Source: Lobosporangium transversale (lineage: Eukaryota). From it: 64,000 nucleotides of DNA. The notes under the pieces are model-generated. The model saw only the letters and a program-made list of their open reading frames with translations, did no database searches and was not told the DNA's origin. Made by a program: the position numbers and the translations under genes. Shown here piece by piece: positions 41,000 to 52,847 of the stretch; the stretch's first letter is position 1; each line of letters begins with the position of its first letter. Location of the stretch: NCBI RefSeq assembly GCF_002105155.1, contig NW_019029011.1, forward strand, positions 1 to 64,000, in the 5' to 3' direction.

Positions 41000-43296
41000 A
41001 TGGCTGAACAGAAGCACGAATACGCTACTGAGAAGGACTTCATTGATGAGAAGCTCGATCTCGAGCGCTCATCTGTCATTCTCGAAGAAGAAGAAAACTC
41101 ACCTATCCCTGAAGTCGCTGCCATTGTCTCAAACAAAGATGACCCTTCTCTCCCTGTTATGACCTTCCGTTACTATGTGATGGCCATCATCTTTTCACTT
41201 ATCCTTTCATTTTTCAACCAGTTCTTGTAAGTTTTCTCAAAAGCCTCTCATTAATATCAAATAGCAGCTTTTTTTTTCTTCAATTCCATCGCTCACCAGA
41301 GTATATTCCTCATATTTTCTTTAAAAAAAAAAACCATAGCTGGTTCCGCACTCATCCTATGACAATCTCGACATTGGTCATCCAATTGTTGTCTTACCCC
41401 TTTGGTCGATTTCTCGCCCGTGTTTTGCCCGCTGGTCCTCTTAACCCTGGCCCCTTCTCCATCAAAGAACACGTCTTGGTCGCCTTGACCGCCAACTGTG
41501 CTGGTGGTACTGCCTATGCAGTCGATATCACAGTCATCCAAAAAGTCTTCTATGGTGAGGACTTTGGTTTCCTTGCCAACTTCCTCCTTATTCTTTGCAC
41601 ACAGATGTTGGGTTATGGTATGGCTGGCGTTCTCCGTCGTTACCTTGTCTACCCTGCTGCTATGATCTGGCCCGCCAATTTGGTCCAGGTTGCATTGTTT
41701 AATACTTTGCACAAGGATGAGGAGCTTGCTCCTGGTCAGTGGTCTCGCTTCAAGTTCTTCTTGGTTGCCACTTCAGGCATGTTCTTGTACGCTTGGATCC
41801 CAGGTTTCATCTTCCCTGTCCTCAGCTCCATTGCCTGGATCTGCTGGATCAAGCCTGATAACTTGGTCCTTTCTCAGCTCACCGGTGCTGGTGGCCTCGG
41901 ATTCGGAGCTATTTCACTTGACTGGAACAACATTGTTTCCTTCTTGGGTTCACCCCTCATTATTCCCTGGTGGGCTCAGGTTAATATCGGTCTTGGTTTT
42001 GTCCTCATTGCTTGGGTCATGGTCCCTATTGCGTACTACACCAACCTCTGGGATGCCAAGAAGTTCCCTATTCTAACTCCATCCCTCTTCACAACTGAGG
42101 GCCATCATTACGATACTAAACAGATTTTGACCAACAATGTCTTGGATGAGAAAAAGTACCAGGAATATGGCTCTCTTCGTATCTCGACCTTCTTTGCCTT
42201 GACCTATGGTATTGGTTTCGCTGGTCTTTCCTCCATGATGACTCACACCTGGCTGTATCACCGCCACAAGTTGGTTGCCCAATGGAAGCAGTCTCGCGAG
42301 CATTCTGAAGATATCCACCACAGGTTGATGCAAGCCTACCCTGAGGTTCCTGACTGGTGGTACGCTGCTCTCTTTGTTATCATGACTGTCATCGCTGTGG
42401 TCACCTGCGAAGTCTGGGACTACAAACTTCCATGGTGGGGTGTCCTCTTGGCGATTGCTATTGCTGCTATTTTCGCCCTTCCCGTCGGTCTGATCCAAGC
42501 CATTACGAACCAGCAGCCTGGTCTCAACATTATCACTGAGTACGTTATTGGTTACATGCTCCCCGGTCGTGCCATTGCCAATGTTACCTTTAAGACCCTT
42601 GGTTATATCTCCATGGCCCAGGCTATGACTTTTACATCCGATCTCAAGCTGGGTCACTACATGAAGGTCCCACCACGCGCCATGTTCTGGGCTCAGCTTC
42701 TTGGCACCGTCATTGCTGGCTTGGTCAACTTGTTGACTGCCAACTGGTTGTTGAGCAGCCAGCCCAACATCTGTACTAAGGAGTCTAAGGACTTCCAATG
42801 TCCCTCTGCCAATACTTTCTACTCTGCATCAGTCATCTGGGGTGTCATTGCTCCTGATCGTATGTTCGGACCTACTTCGATTTACAATGCCATCAACTAC
42901 TTCTTCATTTTGGGATTCTTGTTGCCTATTCCATTCTATTACCTCAAGAAAGTCTTCCCCAACACCTTCTTGGATTATGTCCATATCCCAGTCTTGTTGG
43001 CTGCCACAGGAATGATGCCTCCCGCCCAAGCTTACCACTATACCAATTGGTTGGCTCTCGGATTCGCTTTCCAATTCTTTGCTCGTCGTTATCACCCCGA
43101 CTGGCATTTGCGATTCACCTATATTTTGTCCGCAGCCTTTGATTCAGGCACGGCCTTCATGGTCTTGCTGTCCTTCTTCCTCTTCACCATTCGCGAGGTT
43201 GAGTTTCCTGCATGGTGGGGTACTCGCTATGACTTGTGCCCTCTTGAGGGCGAGCCTTATTACCCTGTGCCCCCTGCCCCTACTCCTGCGGCTTAA
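41000..43296 (+). CDS. OPT transporter copy 5; exons 41000-41226, 41340-43296
   Basis: Same motifs and intron position as copy 1. Confidence 0.95.
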
Positions 43297-43565
43297 AAAA
43301 AAGCAAGGAAAAAAAATTACTTGTAATCATCTATATCATCCATCTCTTGTTTATTTATCCTATTTAACTACTTCTACTTCTTTTTTTTTTTTTGCTTTAT
43401 ACCGAATCCCATAAGCAAAAGTATATTATCCAATGTAGAAGGTTGATTGAGAAAGTGAATAAAAGAACTAAGTGTTAAAAAGCTTTTGTCATGATCTTTA
43501 TGGTTTAGCATTATTTTTTACTTTTTATAATTCTTCCAATACTAGCAAGGGATCCTTAATGGGAA

Positions 43566-45599
43566 TCACCTTTCTGGCTCTCCATCTGGGTTCTCTTCTT
43601 CATCTTCACCATCCAATCGAAACGAAATCTCAAGACCTGAATGTAACGTAGCCTTGATAATGCCAGGCATATTAGATTCTTCCTGCCGTTGTTGTTTTTC
43701 ATCTTGGCTATGGCTCTTCAGCCCATTAGGACTATTACTTGTGTCTTCCTGCCATCTTTGTTGCTCGGATGTTGATAGTGAGGTGAATGCATTATTAGCA
43801 GAAGTTCCGAATAATGATTGTGATGGCAGCGGTTGTGATGATGATGATGGTGATGGCGACCTTGATCGTCTTCGCTTCGATAAAGGTAGCTTCGTATCAA
43901 TATTATCGTCACTAATGTTGGGTTCAGATATACCTGAGGAGCCTTGAACCGTGGAAATTATAACTGTCTCTGTTCCTGTCCCTGTTTCTGTTCCTGTTCC
44001 TGTTCCTGTTGTTGTTGGTATCGACCCTGATGATGATGTTACTGCCGATGATGATGAATCTACTGCCAATGAAGTAGAAGATAATGATGGTGATGAAGAA
44101 GAAGGAGAAGAAGAGGAAGAAACCATTGCGGATGCTCTAGCCGTCGAAGCTCCAGCCTTCGTCAATAATAGTGGTTCTCCTGGTTGAGCTTGTATGCCTG
44201 TGAAGAGTGTTTGTAGCGCACGTGATCCTAATGCTTTCTTGATGGCTATGGTTTCTGTCTCTGATAAAGGTGGGATCACATCAGTACTCCGAAACTTGAA
44301 TTCTTTCAATCTGGGAAACAAGTTTCCGATCTGGATGATCTCTTTCCAGGGCAATGGATGTTTCAGCTTTTCAATATTTAAAGTTTTCAGCTGTCTCAGT
44401 TGTGATAGAAAAGGGCGACCAACCTCCAATAGTCGTAAAGCGAATGAGTGTCCTGATAGTCTGAGGTGTTCTAATCGATTTAACCGAGCGAGTTGCTGAT
44501 ACATGTTTGGTAGGAGTGCTGAGGCCATAGAGGCCTCAACAGAGTAAAATGCATGGATGCCTGAAATATCGAGATATTGTAATTTGTCACAGACCCAGGG
44601 TTCTGGCGCCGCAAAAATAGAAAGTAGGATTCTATCACACCAAGAGATATCCAAATGTCGAAGATATCGACAAGATTGAACAATAGCGGTGACGCTGATA
44701 TGGGAGACGTTGGCACAGAATGGGAGCTTGAGTGTCTCCAGTTTGGGGCAATGAGCTGCTACGAGACTCAGATCCTCATCGTTGATTTCTGAGGGTCCTA
44801 GATTCAAGAAACGTAGATTGGGCAAGACTGGGAAGAGGGCTTGAAAACCTGAGGATTGAAGACAAAGACAGAAATGAAGATCTAGATGTTCGATCTGATG
44901 ACAATATTTTGCGATCCCTATCAAGGCCTTGGCAGTCAACATTTGATGTAAAGAAATAGAAAGTCTCAAGAGGTGTGGAAACTTTTCTGCGAATGCGACC
45001 AATTCATCATCATCAAAGCGAGGATGAGTACAGTCGATCTGATTGAGTGAAGGTTGAGTCTCTGCGATTGCCTCTAGAACATGACCCGAGAAGTTGTGAC
45101 CAGCGATCATACGTAGATCTGAGCATCCAGTCAAAAGATGGGCCATGTCAGTCGCATCCCAATCACGAATATCACTTTCAAATTCTTTGAGACGTGGAGC
45201 ATGAGATGCGATGGTGGAGACAATGTGGTTACTTTTGATTTCGTAGGGGACTTGTAGATGTAGGGATTCGAGGTTAGGAATCCGTTGGAGTAAATTGAGG
45301 AGCCGAAATTTGATTTGATCTTCATTGATCTCGGTCTTTATCCTTGCAGAAGTAGTGAGTTCGAGACTCATGGCATGGACAGCATCGCCTTGTCGGTCAA
45401 GCACGGGCCAGAGGGGCGTCAAGTCTGGGCTGTACCAATCCTTGACAATGAATTGACGCCAAAGAATTAAACGGGCGTGACGGTACCAAGACTGACAGAC
45501 AAGAGAAGCAGTTTTGACGGTAGGTCCATCCAGTTGATTCATAATCATGGAAAGAATTTCAGGAATGGCCAACACTTGATTTGATGGAGGATCACTCAT
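43566..45599 (-). CDS. F-box/leucine-rich-repeat (RNI-like) protein
   Basis: VLAIPEILSMI...SLVCQSWY F-box; LRRs such as CPKLETLKLPFC and CRYLRHLDISWC; Ser-rich tail. Confidence 0.88.
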   Translation of the reverse strand: MSDPPSNQVLAIPEILSMIMNQLDGPTVKTASLVCQSWYRHARLILWRQFIVKDWYSPDLTPLWPVLDRQGDAVHAMSLELTTSARIKTEINEDQIKFRLLNLLQRIPNLESLHLQVPYEIKSNHIVSTIASHAPRLKEFESDIRDWDATDMAHLLTGCSDLRMIAGHNFSGHVLEAIAETQPSLNQIDCTHPRFDDDELVAFAEKFPHLLRLSISLHQMLTAKALIGIAKYCHQIEHLDLHFCLCLQSSGFQALFPVLPNLRFLNLGPSEINDEDLSLVAAHCPKLETLKLPFCANVSHISVTAIVQSCRYLRHLDISWCDRILLSIFAAPEPWVCDKLQYLDISGIHAFYSVEASMASALLPNMYQQLARLNRLEHLRLSGHSFALRLLEVGRPFLSQLRQLKTLNIEKLKHPLPWKEIIQIGNLFPRLKEFKFRSTDVIPPLSETETIAIKKALGSRALQTLFTGIQAQPGEPLLLTKAGASTARASAMVSSSSSPSSSSPSLSSTSLAVDSSSSAVTSSSGSIPTTTGTGTGTETGTGTETVIISTVQGSSGISEPNISDDNIDTKLPLSKRRRSRSPSPSSSSQPLPSQSLFGTSANNAFTSLSTSEQQRWQEDTSNSPNGLKSHSQDEKQQRQEESNMPGIIKATLHSGLEISFRLDGEDEEENPDGEPER

Positions 45600-47233
45600 C
45601 TTGAAATAAAACTGACTTTGAGGAGGAGCTTTAGAGTTTGTATTGGAGAGAATAAGAGAGAAGTTTTAATAAAAATGAGAAAGGTAAAAAAATAAATATA
45701 ATGAATTTAGACTGGCAAAAGTGAGAGGAGAAGAAAGAGAAAGTGTAATCAAATTTGAGAGAGAGGGAGGGAGAGAGAAAGAAACATGAGAAAAGGAAAG
45801 AAGGAGAAAGAGTAATTTGTCACGGATGCGTGTGTGAAAGAAAGAGGGGAGCGGGTGGAGAAATGAAAGGATATTTAATGTGTGGGGGGGAATTGCATTA
45901 CACAAAAAAAGGCCTTCATCTTAGAGGTCTCAACAAATGCTCAAGCTGCAGTTTGTATGGTATTGAGCAAGGAGGATAGCATATATAATATGTGGGGATG
46001 TAGCTTGTAATCATTGGTACTATATTTGTTATAAACTACGAGGCTACTGGTACCTAAATAATGACATGTGTCCCGGCTCATATTCCATTGTTGTTCTTGT
46101 TGTTGTTGTTGTTGCTGTTGTTGCCGGTGATGTCCCTACAATGACATGAGGATTAGCCCTGAATAACCTAGTTACATGTCCAGGATTATACAGAGTACGT
46201 CAAAGATCCACATGCACCACACACGCGACATTTTATTTTGTACTCGTCTTTGTTTTAATGTTGCATTAGTCGTTGTAGAGAAGGGTTACAGAGCTATCAA
46301 TATACAATACAGAAAACAAACACTAGTCCCAGAAGGGTGTGCAAATCCATCCTATACAATCCTAGGAACGATACTTTAGTCTGTTTGGCTAAAGCATGTG
46401 GAGTAGGGGAGAGAGGGCAGCTTTAAAGGTGTTTGCATATGCATTTCTTGGCAATATCGCTTCTAACCGATGTGGAACTTGATATCGCATCCCCACATGC
46501 AACGATCAAATATTCAAGTTCTTGTGGTGCAAAAGAGCGTAAAATGACCATGTGAATCACCATTATGCAGGAATTTTATCAATAGAAAAAGGGATGCACG
46601 TTGACTAGACCAGAATAATAACAAAAGGAGGGCTGTCTAAAAAAGAAATAGCAATTGGCATTAAAAATTGCTTCCAGCTAAGCTGTGTATTATCATAAGC
46701 AAATGCAACGCCACTCAGTTCATGTCCTCCCCTGTTGCTTTTGGATGCATTTTTGGACTTTGGGCGGGAAAAACAAATGTCCAAATGACCAAATGAAATA
46801 ATGAGTGACTGCCCTACTGCGAGTCATGTATAGACTTTAAATTCACATATTATATACGACCATCTATACAATTGTGTGCAAAGTGCATTGTCCAATTCCA
46901 CTCCCTTCTTTGCTCCTTCCCTTCCATCTCTCACTCTAACTCGCTCTCTTCCTGTCTCATTTCACGCTCTCTTTCTCACTCTCTTGCTCCTTCTCATCCT
47001 TTCTTACCACCTTCTTCCATCTTTCTTCCCCTCGTCTCTCTCCCTCTTGTCCTGTCTCTTATTCCTTTCTTTTTACCACACCACTTTTTTTTTTTTTTTT
47101 TTTTTTGTACACTTGTCCTTCAGTCTTTTAGTTTTGCCAATAAAGAGAGATAAGAAAAAAAAAAAAAAAATAATAATAATAATAGAGAAGAACCCAACAG
47201 CAACGACAACAATAACAGCCGAAACGTGGGACA

Positions 47234-49844
47234 ATGAGCTCGTCCTACGAGAATAACCCATCATCCTCTCATTCGCAACAAACTTCCAGTCAGAACCAAC
47301 ACAAATCACCTCATCCTACCCTTGCTGTCCATTCAGAGGACTTGCATGTCTCTGGACGACATCGAGTCCGAGCAGAACTATCATCCCCTCGTCACCAGCA
47401 CACTCCAACTGGCTGGTTAGGTCCTTACAATGACCAGTCACCACTTATACCCAGCGCTTCTATTAGGTCCCCCCGTGTTCCACGCCTTCCAGGATCACAT
47501 CCATCCCATTCATCATTAGATCGTGAAGCAGGAGAGCATGGATATGATGTGAATTCATCTGATATACATAGGGCTTCAAGCAGCGTTAGCAATACTAATA
47601 CAATGGCAACATCATCGCCATCATTGGCTACTGCTGCCGCTACAGGGATCTTTGAAGGAAGAAGAAGAGAAGTAGGGGCAGGTGAAGGGCTTGAAAGGAG
47701 AGAGTTTGATCCTAAGCATCACAATGATGCAAGATTTCCAGGATCATCGATAGAGCCTTCTAGCAGTATACAGAGTTTAGTAGAGTCAATTGATGATGAT
47801 CACGTCTACAAGTTGACAGAGATGACTAAAAAGAGAGTCGAGCATAACAATCCAGCACAGAAGCGGCAGCGTGTTGTGTCCTTACCAATCACCTATACTG
47901 CCTTAGGTAAAAAAAAAGACATTATTTTTATAAAAAAAAAAGGAGGAAACATTGTATTGGACAAAAAGAATAATATTATGGCTCACCAACTGCATGGCGG
48001 GGAAGATGATACTCTCATGTGCTCATGAAAGTAATGTATAAATGGGATAGTTATAATAGTGTTCAATCGGTTACTCACATTAAATTATGAGTGTGTATAT
48101 TTTGTTTTTATACAATTTTACAATAGCAACTAATTTTCAACCGTCAGAGAAAACGCTTCAGCTCTCCAGTTCATGCAAGTCGTATTTAGAATCCAGATAT
48201 ACACAGTTATATCAATCAATCAATGTAGGACAGCCCATCAATCGCTTGCGAAAGCTGCACGAGATTCTTCCACAGATCAATCCAGCTTCAATACCAAAAT
48301 CCGCACATGATACCAAGCTTTCACGTCGATTAACTAAAATAGACAAGTATCGATTTGTGGATAAAGTGCAGGAATCGAGTTGTATCTGGGATGTAGATCG
48401 TATGGAGGAAAAATTCAAGGCTACAGCTTCAACCGTTTCCACAAAGCAGACAAGTGAACCCAACTCTCGACAAGCATCACAACAGGATCTCCTTCAAACG
48501 GAACACGCACTTTCAATTGAGGCCAAGCATCAAACTCTGTCGTCAACTTCTACAGATAGCTTTGGAACTATCGACAAAGCATCATCAACAGACCCTCAGG
48601 GACGGGCAAAAGTTATCACCAATCGTCCTTATCATGACTCGCCTTTATCGACGGTGGTAATCGATGCACAGCCTGTATCGATAGGGTTGTCTCCATCTAG
48701 TACATCCTCATCAATTAACAATACAAACCATACTGTCGATTCTACCACTAATTCATCCTCGTCTTTGGATCCTCTTCCTCATCCTACGTCACGGCGGGAA
48801 GGCTCAGGAGAAAGTAAACTTCGGAATGTAGAGCCTACAGCATCGACCCTTAAACACTTTGAAGGCGATCAACAACAACATATTATACAGGGTAGATCTC
48901 ATTCAGAAGCTTCATCCTCAAAAAGAAACTCGTTCTTGGGAATATTTGGTGTGCGAGGAAAAAAGGTTGGTCAGGACATTGATCAGCTGGTACACCATGA
49001 ATCACCACAGCATCCAAGCTATGGTGGTAGTGGTCATCGACTGACCACCACAGAGGAGCGGCGATCTATGGAGAGCCAGGATAATCCATACATTTCTTCT
49101 GCTCATGGATCTAATTCGACACAGCGAGGCCATGCAAGCTCAGACGCCATAGTTTCGCCCAACATTAGTAGTAATCATGCGGTGACCCTAGATTCACATG
49201 CAAAGCGTGGGGCGTCATTGGAGGAAGCTTTACCAACTATTGAAACCATTAGCGCGAGGAATAGTATCTTTATGGACGATGATAATGGCGGACATTATAC
49301 GCCTCCATCGCAGTGGCCACAAGGTGAACGTATAGATGAGAGCCAGGATGAGAGCGACAATGTAGCTACAGCAAACAACAAGGTACCAAATAACTTTATT
49401 GGTATTTTCATCGGTTCATTTTCACATTTTCATGTTACAAACTAATGGTGGTGATATTTTTTATTTTTTATTTTTTATTTTTATTTTTATTTTTATTTTT
49501 ATATTCATTTCTAGCGGTCATCTTTACGTCGAATCAAGGATAAAATGTTATGGAAGCGTGGACACAAGACGCTTTCAGCGATTCAACAAGGTGAAATCGC
49601 TCAAATTACTTCACAAGGCTCCAACCAGCAACAACTGCAACAGCGGTTCTCTTCGTTCACAACAGATAGTTCCAAATCATTAGGGAAGAAATTTGATCCA
49701 ACATTAGCTCATTTGCATGAGAAAAGTATTATGCGTATACCAGCCAGCGAGCCATCTTCTGGAAGAAATTCAATTGAAGGATCTCGACCTAAAGTAAGTC
49801 TTTTTTTTTTTTTTTTTTTTTTTTTTTATACATAATTGTTGTTA

Positions 49845-49878
<34 letters not shown>

Positions 49879-51723
49879 ATCTAGCATATTGCTATTGCAA
49901 AAAAAATAAAATAAAAAATAGACAACCAATAGAGTTTTGAGTAGCAATTCTTCGCCTAACCTGGAAGCTGTCAAGGGCTTAGAGGGCGCAGGAACCAATT
50001 CACCTCGCGTTGGCCCCTCGACGGCACAACAGACCTCAGTTTATCGTACGGGCACCAGGACATCTATTATAAATCCTTCATGGAATGATAACAATAGTAG
50101 CAACAATAATAATAATAACAATATCAATAATGGTATCGACGGCAGTAATAATAATAACAGCAACAGCAACAGCAATAGCAACAGCATTAATGTCAGCACC
50201 AGTAATAGTAATAACAACAGTAACGCTTCTCCCACGGTTCATCCTATGGGGCACTTGGAGAGCAGGTCGCCGATGATAAACCCTTCAAAGACAACAAAGT
50301 CACCAATGATGGTACCTTCTTCATCATTTATAGAGGACATGGCTGCAAATGGAGCAGGAGTTGAAACGGCCAAACCAATAGTCTATATTTTGGATACAGA
50401 TCGTATTCCTAAGCGACTCCTTGAGAAGCTAAAGTTGCGACCGGAGCTTACTAATATGGATTGGTCCGCTGACACAGGTAAAAAAAAAAAAAATTTTTTA
50501 TTGTTTTACTACGATTTAGCTGGTATTAAACTTAATGCGTTTATTTTATTTCTCCCCCTCCTTGATCTTGCATATCATTGTACACCGAATGAAAATGGAT
50601 TCATTTTGTAGTGGATCTGAGTGCAATGTGGACATCCTCAGAACCACCTCCAACGTACGAAGAATATGTTGGGATACCTAAAGAGCTGAAATCATCACCA
50701 CAGTATCCTCATCACCTTGATGATATTGATGTGCTCGAGATTCATTTAATGCTGGGCGTTGAAGAGTCTGAAGACGTTGATTCGAAACAACGAGGTCGCA
50801 GATGGGACATGTTGGAATCACGTGTGGACAATGAACTGGACCAAGGCGAGAAATGGATCAAGGACATTGATAATTGGTCAAAGAAAAGAGCTAATGCGAT
50901 CCAAAGATATACACGAAGTGCTAATGAGGGGTCATGGCAGTTATATGAGGATTCTGTATTGGTACAGGAGCCCGAAGAAGAAGAAGAAGGAGGAGAAAAG
51001 GCAGAAGAAGAGGAAGGGGTAGAAAGTGGAATAGTCGCTGATGGGTCCGCGCTTGACAGGACAGTCAAGCGAATGGTTAGAGTAAGTGGCGCTGAAGGAA
51101 TAGAAGAAGAAGGAAATGGCACGAATACAGGGCTCCAGAGAGGCCCTACCGAGATATCGTCCATGATTCATAATGCAAGGAAACAACAACGCAACCTTTC
51201 TCTTTTAAGAGATATGGGGGGTTCGATGTCATCACTTAGCACGTCTGTACCTTATTCATTCAGGAACAGTATCACATCGACGCGAGAAGCTATGAATGAG
51301 ATGAGTGTATATTTGGTGGAGTGCCGTCAGAGGCTCAAGCAACTCCATGAAGCTACAGGGGACCAGCTGGTCAGGAAAGAGGCAGAGTTCAAGTTTGTGG
51401 TGGACAAATTTACAAAGGAGTGGAACGAGTCGTATTTTATGAACTTGAAGGATGTGGAAGAACAGATCCAGGTTATGAACCTGAAGAGGATTGAGAACCC
51501 ATGGATGGATATGTTGTTGATTATGTTGTCGTGGGTCATTCGAGGATTGTTTTATATTGTTGAAGGTGTCACGATCATTATCATTATTATGAGGCATACA
51601 TGGGATAAAGCCAAGAAGGGTTTCCAGGCCGTACGGGATACGAAGCAAGAGCGGGAACGCGTAAGGCTTCATGATCCAGTTGTGAATACAAGTACAAACA
51701 AGCAAGGGGAGCAGAGGAAATAG
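47234..51723 (+). CDS. Large low-complexity protein with C-terminal coiled coil and TM segment (possibly Mtc4-like); exons ~47234-47906, 48127-49382, 49515-49793, 49922-50477, 50612-51723
   Basis: Frame-consistent GT-AG junctions; hydrophobic WMDMLLIMLSWVIRGLFYIVEGVTIIII near the C-terminus; family call is tentative. Confidence 0.7.
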
Positions 51724-52671
51724 TGTTGCCAACATCGACACTAGGCAGTCATCAGTCAAACCAAGTATATTGTAGATTGTGAGAACATGAGAGAGTGAGG
51801 GGTTTTTTGTCGCCATTGTACTTTTTTTTTTTTTTTTTTTTTTGTTCATTTATTCATTCACTCATTCATTCTATAGTTTGCTAATATAATGATATCGATA
51901 TCTTTTTTCCTTGCTCGATTAAGAAGAGGAAAGATTGTAGACCAGTGAATGTTTTTGTATGTATCAATGTGTTACGAATGTACTTTGTTTTTTGTACCCA
52001 TGAAGAGATGTTGAGATTAATGTAACGCCTTGTTGTTTGTAATGGCTTTAGTTTGCAAGTAGATGGTACCAATGGTGTGTAAAGTTTGCGAAAGAAAAGA
52101 GATTAAATTATAAAGAGCGGTGCGGGATGTTTAATAATCAAATTCTAGTCCGATGATGGAGAGAAAGATAGAGTAATGCAATGCATGATTGATAAACACA
52201 CGCATACACACAAACACACCAACTAAAGGGCATCTTGCAGGAAGAAAGAGAGAAAGAGAGATGGACAAAAAAAAGAAAGAGATGCAAATTTTTTTTTTTG
52301 TCAATTAAACCATCCAAAAAAGGAAAGAATACTCCGACTGGCTCTGATGCAATACAGATTGGGCCTTTGATGTCACTGTGTGCATTGAAACAAAAAGAAA
52401 AAGGCGTAACAACTTTTTTTTTTTTTTTCATTCATTGTCTTCCTCGCCTTCCCATATCTTCCTCGCCTTCCCATATCTTCCTCCTCTTACATACACATAC
52501 TCAACCCTTCATCACTTGTCTTCCTTCTTTGTCAGTGTTGTGTCCCTTTTTTTTACTTCTCATTGCCATTCCTATTCCTCTTGATAATTTTTTTTTTTTT
52601 TTTTTTTTTTGCTTGATCAAACATAACCACACTCATCAATACATCAATACAGGGCAATTTCAATACTTATA

Positions 52672-52812
52672 ATGGACTTGTCAGCAATGTTTGTAGCGGG
52701 AGATGAGTCGAAAGATGGACAAAAACCCATGGTGGAATTGCAATGGTACCATGTCGCCATTGCTTCAACTCTCATTCTCACCAATGGTAAAATAAATAAA
52801 TTCACTCTTATG

Positions 52813-52847
<35 letters not shown>

